A stretch of 56,486 nucleotides of DNA, taken from Anaerolineae bacterium (lineage in GTDB: Bacteria > Chloroflexota > Anaerolineae > Aggregatilineales > JAFGMM01). The notes under the pieces are model-generated. The model saw nothing but the letters and a program-made list of their open reading frames with translations, made no database searches and had not been told where the DNA came from. The stretch covers positions 1 to 56,486 of the forward strand of contig DAOTXU010000393.1 of the NCBI GenBank assembly GCA_034435135.1. The letters are read 5' to 3'. Below are positions 1 through 7,177 of the stretch, in pieces; position 1 is the first letter of the stretch, and each line of letters opens with the position of its first letter. The position numbers and the translations under genes were made by a program.

Positions 1-1
1 G

Positions 2-895
2 GGGGGGTTGCGGCGGGGGCGCGCGCCACGCCTGCTTGCCATTGGAGCGGTCGTCGCGGGGTTGGGGTGGACCGCTTACGACTACTTCGGGCGCTACCTG
101 CCGGCAGCCGAAACCGCGCTCGCCTTTGACGGCGCGGCGACCGCCCTGGCGGGGGAAATTAATGAGGCACTTGCGCCGGGTAGTACCCAGGGAGCTTCAA
201 GCTCCCTGGGTGCTGAGAATGCGCGGCGCGCGATTGTGGACTGGCGCCTCTGGGACCGGTATCCGTCGGTGCGTTTCCTGACCGCCGGCAAAGAAGGCGT
301 CGAGGTGTACGACGAGCGCCGCCCGGAGGCAACGCCCGCCGTCGCCGACGCGCCGGTGCTGCTCGCCGCGTGGCCCTACGAGGATCAGGCGCGGCTCACC
401 CAGTTCTTGCCCACGCCCGCGCTGGTGGAGGTCGGCGTCGGCCCGGAGGCGGTATACGAATTGGAAGCCGAGCCATTTCAACTCTATGTGACCTACGACG
501 CTGCGCCGCTGCCGGCGGATTGGGAGATCGGGGAAGCTGAGGTCGTCTTCGCGGACGGGATGGCGCTTGCGAAAGTTGAAACCAGCCGCTCACACGATAT
601 ACTGCTGTTAACCCTGTACTGGCAGGCGCGCCAGAAACCGACCGCTGCGTACACGGCGCTGATCCACGTCGGCGGCGCAACGCTGGACGCGCCGCCGGGC
701 ACATGGGCCTACCCGACGAATCAGTGGCGCCCCGGCGACGTGATCGTGCAGCGCGCGGCGCATGGGTGGTCGGACCTGCTCGAAGTCGGCCTGTACGATC
801 CGGTCACCAGCGAGCGCCTGCCGATTGTCGAGTCTCGCTGGCCGGTACAGGAGGACGCGGCGCGCATCATGATTGTGGACAAAGGGGGACGTTAA
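2..895 (+). CDS. 3' part of a membrane protein gene whose C-terminal extracytoplasmic domain resembles ArnT/PMT_2-type (GT-C) glycosyltransferases; the 5' end lies outside the window
   Basis: The frame is open to the window edge, and TTG at 8 is only the first permitted start. One hydrophobic helix (LLAIGAVVAGLGWTAY) precedes a soluble domain with LTLYWQARQKP...YTALIHV...NQWRPGDVI. From memory I associate this with C-termini of family-39 GT-C proteins. TAA at 893-895. Confidence 0.45.
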   Translation, partial: GGLRRGRAPRLLAIGAVVAGLGWTAYDYFGRYLPAAETALAFDGAATALAGEINEALAPGSTQGASSSLGAENARRAIVDWRLWDRYPSVRFLTAGKEGVEVYDERRPEATPAVADAPVLLAAWPYEDQARLTQFLPTPALVEVGVGPEAVYELEAEPFQLYVTYDAAPLPADWEIGEAEVVFADGMALAKVETSRSHDILLLTLYWQARQKPTAAYTALIHVGGATLDAPPGTWAYPTNQWRPGDVIVQRAAHGWSDLLEVGLYDPVTSERLPIVESRWPVQEDAARIMIVDKGGR

Positions 896-926
896 CGGCT
901 TGCGTGGATCGATGCGAGGGATTCCG

Positions 927-2474
927 ATGGCAAGAGCAAACGTCCGTCATGTCGGGTTGATTATCGCCATGCTCCTGGGGCTGCTCGCCGCCAGCGCGGC
1001 GGCGCAGGACGGCAGCCTGCTCATTAACGGGAGCATGGAGGGCGGCTACAGCGCGCAGGACGGCATCCCGCAGATTCAGATGCCGAACGGCTGGCGCGCG
1101 TGGTGGAGAGAAGGCGGCGGGGCCGAGTGGGCTAACCTGCGCCCGGAGTGGAGCACCTCGTCCGCTGCGGCGGGCTACGCCGAGCGCGTGCACGGCGGCG
1201 ACCGCGCCATGCGCTACTTCAAAGGGTGGGGCACCTTCACCGCCGGCGCGTACCAGACCGTGAGCGGCATCACCCCCGGCGCCAATTTGGAGTTTTCGGC
1301 GTGGGGGCAGTCGTGGTCGTGCCTGGAGTGGAATAAGTGCATGGAGGCCCGCGACGCCCTGGGGCTGCCGCCGCGTGTGTGGTCCACCAATGACCCCAGC
1401 AAAGTGCACATGAAGATCGGCATTGACCCCACCGGCGGGGCCGATGTCTTCAGCCCGAACGTCGTGTGGTCGCCGGAAGCGCCGGCGCTGGACCAGTATG
1501 TGCAGTTCCGGGTAACCGCCGTCGCCCAGGCCGACCGCGTGACCGTGTTCCTCTACGCTTCGCAGGACTACCCCGCCGAGAACCAGGACGCTTATTGGGA
1601 CGACGCCTACCTGGGCGTGGCGGGCGCGGGCGGCGCGGCGCCTGGCGGGGGTGGCGGGGCGCCCGCCGCGAGCGTCGGCGTCGCGGTGATCCCGACTTAC
1701 CCGCCACAAGAGGACGGGCGCATCATTCACACAGTACGCGCGGGCGAGACGCTCGGCGGCATCGCGGTGGCTTACGGCTTGGAGAGCGCCCAGGCCGTCC
1801 GTGACCTGAACAACCTGACTGGCGACATCATTTACGTGGGACAGGAGTTGCTCGTCGGCTACGTGGAAGGGGCCGGCCCGGAGGCTGAGGGCGAACCCGG
1901 CGGCGCGGCTGCCCCTGGCGGGGCGGCGGCTCCATCGGAGGCTGGCGCAGAAGCCACAGCCGCCCCCACGCCCACTGAAGAGGTCGCCCCCACGGCCGGC
2001 GAAATCTGCGTGAGCGCTTTCGAGGACAACAACCAGAACCGCGTCTTTGACGAAACGGAACGGCTGATCGGCGGCTGCGATGTCGCCATCAAGAGCAGCG
2101 AGCAGACGCTCGCCACCTATCGCACCGACGGCCTGAGTGAGCCGCGCTGCTTCACCAACCTCGAACCGGGCGACTATACCGTGGAAGCCAGCCCCCCGCG
2201 CGCCTACGGCGTCACCACCTCGGCGGCGCTGATGGTCCGCGTGCAGGCCGGCGCGGTGCAGCAGGTCGAGTTCGGCGTGGCGCGCGGCGTGACGAGCGGC
2301 GAGTCGGTGGTGGCGCAGCTACCGACGCCAGCCCCGACCCCGCTCCCCGCCGCCGAACCCCGGACCGGCAACCGCCTCCTCGATGTGCTCTCGCAGTGGA
2401 TCGGCGTGATTGTGCTGGGGCTGGCCGGCGTCGTGGCGCTGATCGGCGTCGCGTGGATGCGTCTGCGCCGTTAG
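927..2474 (+). CDS. Secreted, C-terminally membrane-anchored LysM cell-surface protein (CBM-like N-domain, LysM, SdrD/Cna-B-like domain, low-complexity linkers)
   Basis: ORF 873..2474. ATG 927 is preferred: GAGGGA lies about 6 nt upstream and the start gives the signal peptide MARANVRHVGLIIAMLLGLLAASAAAQ. LysM signature: IHTVRAGETLGGIAVAYGL..LNNLTGDIIYVGQELLVG. NGSMEGG..W..W start is typical of CBM4/9-like modules. C-terminal helix IGVIVLGLAGVVALIGVAW followed by RLRR. Confidence 0.8.
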   Translation: MARANVRHVGLIIAMLLGLLAASAAAQDGSLLINGSMEGGYSAQDGIPQIQMPNGWRAWWREGGGAEWANLRPEWSTSSAAAGYAERVHGGDRAMRYFKGWGTFTAGAYQTVSGITPGANLEFSAWGQSWSCLEWNKCMEARDALGLPPRVWSTNDPSKVHMKIGIDPTGGADVFSPNVVWSPEAPALDQYVQFRVTAVAQADRVTVFLYASQDYPAENQDAYWDDAYLGVAGAGGAAPGGGGGAPAASVGVAVIPTYPPQEDGRIIHTVRAGETLGGIAVAYGLESAQAVRDLNNLTGDIIYVGQELLVGYVEGAGPEAEGEPGGAAAPGGAAAPSEAGAEATAAPTPTEEVAPTAGEICVSAFEDNNQNRVFDETERLIGGCDVAIKSSEQTLATYRTDGLSEPRCFTNLEPGDYTVEASPPRAYGVTTSAALMVRVQAGAVQQVEFGVARGVTSGESVVAQLPTPAPTPLPAAEPRTGNRLLDVLSQWIGVIVLGLAGVVALIGVAWMRLRR

Positions 2475-2519
2475 CGAGAGGTCCCAGGGGCGGGTAAAAT
2501 GTCAATGAGCGGTTTCCTC

Positions 2520-2541
2520 GTGAGGCTTAAGCTCACTGTCC
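2520..2541. repeat. Degenerate copy of the GGCTTAAGCC-centred palindromic intergenic element
   Basis: gtgaggcttaagctcactgtcc lies 46 nt after the stop of the first LysM gene. It is a near-palindrome sharing the ggcttaagc core and the tgtcc arm with the copies at 4100, 7117 and 51932. Confidence 0.3.
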
Positions 2542-2567
2542 ACAGTAGCGGACGAAAGGTTCTTTCG

Positions 2568-4043
2568 ATGCGTAGTTGGAAGTGGCAACGGATGGCGCCG
2601 GTTCTCACCCTGGCGCTGATGGCGTTCTCAGCGGCGCTGCCGGCGGTCGCCCAGGCGAATCTGCTCAATAACGGCAGCATGGAAGGCGGCTTCACCGACC
2701 GCTTCGGCGACGGCAACGGCGTCGCGCCCAACGGCTGGGAACCCTGGTTCCTCGATACCCCCAGCGGGTGCAACAACTTCCGCCCGGTGTACACGCAGTC
2801 CGTCGCCGGCCAAGCCTACGACGGCGGCGCCGCAGCCGTGATCTATCTCAACTACCAGACCTACACCGCCGGCCTCAAGCAGAACGTGAATGTGGCGGCT
2901 GGCAGCGTCGTCCGCCTGACCGCGTATGGCCGCATCGTCTCCAGCGACGAAAAAGTGGGGGCGACGACTTCGGGTGCAAACGCCCAGGTGGAGATGAAGA
3001 TCGGCATCGACCCGACCGGCAGCGGCAACCCCTTCTCCGGGAGCATCGTGTGGTCGCCGACCATCAACGCCACCGGCGGCTACCAGCAGTTCACGGTCGA
3101 GGCGACCGCCCAGGGCGGCACGGTGAGCGTGTTCCTGTTCTCGCGCCCGCAGTGGTGCTTCGCCGAGAACACGACGTTCTTTGACGCCGCCGCGCTCGTC
3201 GTCACCGGGCAGGGGAGCGGTGGCGGCGGGGCGGCCCCGCCTCCCGCGCAGCCGCAAAGCGTTTCGATTACGCGCGCCGACCCCCGCGAGGATGGATCAA
3301 TTGTGCACGTGGTCCAGCCGGGGCAGTACCTCAACCTCATCGCCGGGACTTACGGCGTCACCGTGCAGCAGATTCAGGAGCTCAACAACCTGACCGGGAG
3401 CATCATTTTCGCCGGGCAGGAGTTGCTGATTAAGCCTCCTGACGGCGCGGTCGAAGCCACGCAGGCCGCGCAAGTCGCCGCAGCCGGACCCACCCACACG
3501 CCGCCGCCGACCACGCCGCCGCAGGTGGCCGACGCCGGCCACGCCGCCGCGCCGGAAGTCAGGACCGGCAACCTGTGCGTGCTGGCGTATCAAGACGGCA
3601 ACCGCAACGCCTCCCGCGACCCCGGCGAGGGGTTGCTGGCAGGCGTCACCGTCAGGCTCACCGATGGCGCGCGCGAGTTGGGCACCTATCTGACGAAAGG
3701 CGTCAGCCCCATCGAGCCGCACTGCTTCATGAACCTCGACCCCGGCACCTATGACCTGATGATGAGCGGCGGCGACCTGATCTCCACCACGCCGCAGAAC
3801 GTTCGCCTCGCGGTGCCTGCCGGCCAGACGGTTCGCGTGGAATACGGCGCGGTCTCGGCCTCGGAACCCTCCCCCGAACTCAGGGCGGGTTCCACGCTGT
3901 CGATTGATCTGTCGGCGCTCACATCGGGCAGCAACGCCGGGCGCATCGCGGCGGCGGCCCTCGGCGCGGCAGGGGCGGTCCTGTTTATGACCGGGCTGGG
4001 GGCGGTGATCTACGTGTTCTTCCTCCGGCCAGGCCGGCGCTAA
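2568..4043 (+). CDS. Paralogous secreted, C-terminally anchored LysM cell-surface protein
   Basis: ORF 2499..4043. ATG 2568 is preferred: GAAAGG lies 9 nt upstream and the start gives the signal peptide MRSWKWQRMAPVLTLALMAFSAALPAVAQA. It has the same domain order as 927..2474, shown by four shared features. (1) An NGSMEGGF start. (2) The blocks MKIGIDPTG and IVWSP. (3) The LysM signature IVHVVQPGQYLNLIAGTYGV..LNNLTGSIIFAGQELLIKP. (4) A CVLAYQDGNRNASRDPGE SdrD-like domain, then a terminal TM helix followed by RPGRR. Confidence 0.8.
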   Translation: MRSWKWQRMAPVLTLALMAFSAALPAVAQANLLNNGSMEGGFTDRFGDGNGVAPNGWEPWFLDTPSGCNNFRPVYTQSVAGQAYDGGAAAVIYLNYQTYTAGLKQNVNVAAGSVVRLTAYGRIVSSDEKVGATTSGANAQVEMKIGIDPTGSGNPFSGSIVWSPTINATGGYQQFTVEATAQGGTVSVFLFSRPQWCFAENTTFFDAAALVVTGQGSGGGGAAPPPAQPQSVSITRADPREDGSIVHVVQPGQYLNLIAGTYGVTVQQIQELNNLTGSIIFAGQELLIKPPDGAVEATQAAQVAAAGPTHTPPPTTPPQVADAGHAAAPEVRTGNLCVLAYQDGNRNASRDPGEGLLAGVTVRLTDGARELGTYLTKGVSPIEPHCFMNLDPGTYDLMMSGGDLISTTPQNVRLAVPAGQTVRVEYGAVSASEPSPELRAGSTLSIDLSALTSGSNAGRIAAAALGAAGAVLFMTGLGAVIYVFFLRPGRR

Positions 4044-4066
4044 CCTGAAACCAGATAAGGAGACGA

Positions 4067-4146
4067 AGAGCCTATCCGAAAAACCGCTCTTGTCGCCTCG
4101 GACAGGGGGCTTAAGCCCTCTGTCCGGGACTCTTCGGATAGGCTCT
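4067..4146. mobile_element. 80-bp MITE-like element with perfect 14-bp terminal inverted repeats AGAGCCTATCCGAA and a central GGACAGGGGGCTTAAGCCCTCTGTCC hairpin
   Basis: Left arm 4067-4080 (agagcctatccgaa) is the exact reverse complement of right arm 4133-4146 (ttcggataggctct). The central near-perfect palindrome is at 4100-4125. The element is non-coding and lies 24 nt after a stop codon. The same 14-mer forms the end of the IS5-family element at 56357. Confidence 0.65.
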
Positions 4147-4256
4147 AAGCCCCTTGTTTGATGACTGAGACAGGCAGGGGTTCTCAGAGCGGGGCGCTGA
4201 TCGCAACAACGTGCAGTCAGCGCCTCGTTTGGCATAAGGTGAAAGCCAGATACGCG

Positions 4257-5117
4257 ATGGCGACGCAGGCTTGGGAAGTCCGCCGGTTGACGCGGGACGA
4301 CATCGCCGGGGCGGTGGCGCTGACCCGGCGCGTGGGCTGGCCGCACGACGAGGCCGACTGGCGTCGCCTGCTCGACTGGGAGCCAGAGGGCTGCTTCTGC
4401 GTCGAGGGCGAGAGAGGGCTGATCGGCGCAGCGACGACGACTACCTACGGCGCGGCGCTGGCCTGGGTCGGGATGATGATTGTAGACCCGGCGCATCGCC
4501 GTCAGGGGGTCGCCTCGGCGCTGATCCAGGCGTGTCTGGAAAGACTGCGCGCGCGCCGCGTGGCGCGGGTGATGCTCGACGCCACCGACGCCGGCCTCCC
4601 CCTGTATCAGCGTTTCGGCTTCCGCGAGCTGTACCGTGTACGGGCATGGCGCGGGCGGGCGACCGAGTTCTTCGGGCCGCGCGCCAAGCGCCTGCGCGCT
4701 GCCGACATGAGCGTGGTGGTCGCCTACGACGAGCAGCGGTTCGGCGCGCCGAGGGCGCGGGTGCTGTTGCGCTTGCAGGCCGAGTTCCCCCGGCTGTCGT
4801 GGGTGGACCGCGACGCGCGCGGGCGGGTGCAGGGCTACCTGCTGGCGCGCGAGCGCGGGGACGAGGTTATCATCGGGCCATGGGTGCACGACTCCCCCTG
4901 GGGCGCGACGGTGCTGCTTGACACGGTCTTAGGCGCGGTGCGCGGGCGCACGGTGCAGATGTACCTGCCCGACCGCAACCTCGCTGCGACCCCGATTGCG
5001 CAGGATCACGCGCTGCACGTGGTCGGGGATACCACGCGGATGATCTGGGGCGAGGCCGACCCGCCCCCTGACGAGCCAAGCGCGCTCTTCGGGGTCGCGT
5101 CGCTGGCGACGGGGTAG
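4257..5117 (+). CDS. GNAT-family N-acetyltransferase with a C-terminal YitH-like extension
   Basis: ORF 4158..5117; ATG 4257 gives MATQAWEVRRLTRDD. Acetyl-CoA binding motif RRQGVASALIQACLERL and LYQRFGFRE are typical of GNAT folds. Confidence 0.75.
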   Translation: MATQAWEVRRLTRDDIAGAVALTRRVGWPHDEADWRRLLDWEPEGCFCVEGERGLIGAATTTTYGAALAWVGMMIVDPAHRRQGVASALIQACLERLRARRVARVMLDATDAGLPLYQRFGFRELYRVRAWRGRATEFFGPRAKRLRAADMSVVVAYDEQRFGAPRARVLLRLQAEFPRLSWVDRDARGRVQGYLLARERGDEVIIGPWVHDSPWGATVLLDTVLGAVRGRTVQMYLPDRNLAATPIAQDHALHVVGDTTRMIWGEADPPPDEPSALFGVASLATG

Positions 5118-5238
5118 TCGTTCCTGTACGGATAGGAGGGGATGACGGCCCCGTCCTCTCAGATGGGTTTGGGGAAATGCCCTCCTCCGACGAACTCAGC
5201 ATGAAGGCCTCTATCTAGCAATCAGGTAAAAGACTGAT

Positions 5239-7005
5239 ATGCACTACAGCGACAAGCCGTGGATCAAGCGTTACGACGCCGGCGTTCCCGCCAGTCTCAA
5301 CTATCCCGACCAGCCCCTTCATGCCTTCCTGACACAGAGCGCCGCCAGATTCCCCGACAACCCCGCCGTCATCACCACCGCGAAGCTGCCGCTCTTTGGC
5401 CGCAAGACCGCCGTCCTCACCTACCGCGAACTTGACCACCTGACCGACGCCCTCGCCGCCGGGCTGGTAGCGATGGGCGTCAAGAAGGGCGACCGGGTCG
5501 CGCTGGTGCTTCCCAACTGCGCCGCGTTTGTGATCGGCTTCTTCGGCGCGCTCAAGGCGGGCGGCGCGGTCGTCGCCGTCAACCCCACCTACCCCGCCAG
5601 CAAGATGCGTGGCGAACTAAACGATGCCGGGGTCGAGCACGTCATCACGCTGAGCCTGTTCTACCCGACCGTCAAGCAAGTCCAGGCGGAGGCCAAAGTC
5701 AGGAACGTGATCGTCGCCAATATTAAGGAGTACCTGCCGCCGCTGGCGCGGTTTCTCTTCACGGTCGCGCGCGAGAAGCAAGAAGGCCACGCGGTCGCTC
5801 TCCAGCCCGGCGACCATTGGTTACAGGACGTTCTCGCCCGCCATGCCGGCCAGAAGCCCAATGTCGCGGTCGCTTCCGCCGACCACTGCATCTTCCAGTA
5901 CACCGGCGGCACGACCGGCATGTCGAAGGCGGCGGTCTCGCCGCATCACGCCCTGGTCGCCAATACGATGCAATGCTGCGCCTGGCTCATGCCCAACAGC
6001 CCCTTGCCGCCCGAAAAGCTGACGTTCCTGGCCGCCATCCCGCTATTTCACGTCTATGGTCTGGTCACGGTGCTGAGCTTCGCCGCGTCGCTCGGCGCGG
6101 GCATGGTGATGGTCCCGGACCCGCGCGACATCGACGAGGTGGTGGAGTGCCTGGAACACTACCGCTGCCACGTCTTTATGGGCGTCCCGGCGATGTACAA
6201 CGCCGTCAACCACCACCCCGACGTGCTCGCCGGCAGGCGCGACCTTTCCTCCATCCTCGTGTGCATCAGCGGCTCCGCGCCGCTGCCGCCACCCACCAAG
6301 TTGCGCTTTGAGGAGATCACGGGGGGGATGTTGCTCGAAGGCTACGGCCTGAGCGAAGCGCCCACGGCCACGCACTGCAACCCGTATAAGGGCGAGAACC
6401 GCACCGGCTCCATCGGCCTGCCCTTCCCCGACGTGGAGTGCCGCATCGTGAGCCTCGACGACGAGGTCACCGACATGCCGGTCGGCGAGATCGGCGAGGT
6501 GGTGCTGCGCGGCCCGCAGTTGATGGCCGGCTACTACCAGATGCCCGACGAGACCGCCAACGCGCTCCGCACCGGCCCGGACGGTAAGCTGTGGCTCTAC
6601 ACGGGCGACATCGGCTACATGGACGCGGACGGCTACTTCTACATTGTGGATCGCAAGAAGGACATGGCGCTCATCGGCGGGTTCAACGTCTACCCGAATA
6701 ACGTCGAGAAGGCGCTGGTGGAACTGCCGCAAATCCGTGACGTGGCGGTGGCCGCAATTCCCCATCCTGATCCGGCCAGGGTCGGACAGGAGGCGTTGAA
6801 GGCGTGGATCGTGCTCAAGCCCGGCGCAACCATCACCGAGGAAGCGATCATCGCGCACGCCCGGACCAGGCTCGCCCCTTACGAGGTGCCCACGCGCTTT
6901 GCCTTCGTGGAGGCATTACCCAAGACACTGGTGGGAAAGACCCTGCGGCGCGAGCTGGTGCGCCTGGAGATGGCAGAGCGAGAACAGGCCGCCGCGCGCA
7001 GGTAG
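5239..7005 (+). CDS. fadD: Long-chain/medium-chain acyl-CoA synthetase (AMP-dependent synthetase/ligase, ANL superfamily)
   Basis: ATG at 5239. AMP-binding motif FQYTGGTTGMSKAA, plus GYGLSEA and YTGDIGYMDADGYFYIVDRKKDM with the terminal lysine region LPKTLVGKTLRR. Confidence 0.9.
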   Translation: MHYSDKPWIKRYDAGVPASLNYPDQPLHAFLTQSAARFPDNPAVITTAKLPLFGRKTAVLTYRELDHLTDALAAGLVAMGVKKGDRVALVLPNCAAFVIGFFGALKAGGAVVAVNPTYPASKMRGELNDAGVEHVITLSLFYPTVKQVQAEAKVRNVIVANIKEYLPPLARFLFTVAREKQEGHAVALQPGDHWLQDVLARHAGQKPNVAVASADHCIFQYTGGTTGMSKAAVSPHHALVANTMQCCAWLMPNSPLPPEKLTFLAAIPLFHVYGLVTVLSFAASLGAGMVMVPDPRDIDEVVECLEHYRCHVFMGVPAMYNAVNHHPDVLAGRRDLSSILVCISGSAPLPPPTKLRFEEITGGMLLEGYGLSEAPTATHCNPYKGENRTGSIGLPFPDVECRIVSLDDEVTDMPVGEIGEVVLRGPQLMAGYYQMPDETANALRTGPDGKLWLYTGDIGYMDADGYFYIVDRKKDMALIGGFNVYPNNVEKALVELPQIRDVAVAAIPHPDPARVGQEALKAWIVLKPGATITEEAIIAHARTRLAPYEVPTRFAFVEALPKTLVGKTLRRELVRLEMAEREQAAARR

Positions 7006-7116
7006 GGGCGGTCCCGATGCCCCAGCGCGCTTGCGCCGTGAAGGCGTTCAGGTTATTGTTAGAACCGAACATAAAAAACGTGAAGATCGTTGACTGCGCC
7101 CTCAGGTCTATGCTTC

Positions 7117-7142
7117 GGACAAGGGGCTTAAGCCCCTTGTCC
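7117..7142. repeat. Perfect 26-bp palindrome GGACAAGGGGCTTAAGCCCCTTGTCC (REP/MITE core copy)
   Basis: ggacaaggggctt and aagccccttgtcc are exact reverse complements. The copy lies 112 nt after the fadD stop. Flanks (aggtctatgc at 7104, cggatcggtt at 7150) show only weak similarity to the MITE arms. Confidence 0.7.
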
Positions 7143-7177
7143 AGGGTCGCGGATCGGTTACGCACCTTCAAGTCTAT

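Noticed and set aside
1-7. Poly-G run at the window start
   Set aside because: Seven bases at the very edge, within an open reading frame. It cannot be distinguished from ordinary sequence or an assembly edge, and no function is inferred.
2355-2372. EPRTGN as a possible sortase (LPXTG-like) motif before the C-terminal helix of the first LysM protein
   Set aside because: It lacks the Leu/Ala at position 1 and lies about 14 residues from the helix. The similar EVRTGN in the paralog sits mid-protein, not before its anchor. No sortase gene is in the window.
3297-4889. 530-aa minus-strand ORF
   Set aside because: It runs antisense across the end of the LysM gene, the MITE and most of the GNAT gene. 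The translation is Arg/Pro/Gly/Ala-rich with no motifs, which is typical of a GC-driven open antisense frame.
5118-5238. Possible structured leader, solo MITE arm (acggatagg) or terminator between the GNAT gene and fadD
   Set aside because: Only short (4-6 bp) complementary segments could be paired by eye, with no U-tract and no convincing match to the MITE arm beyond cggatagg.
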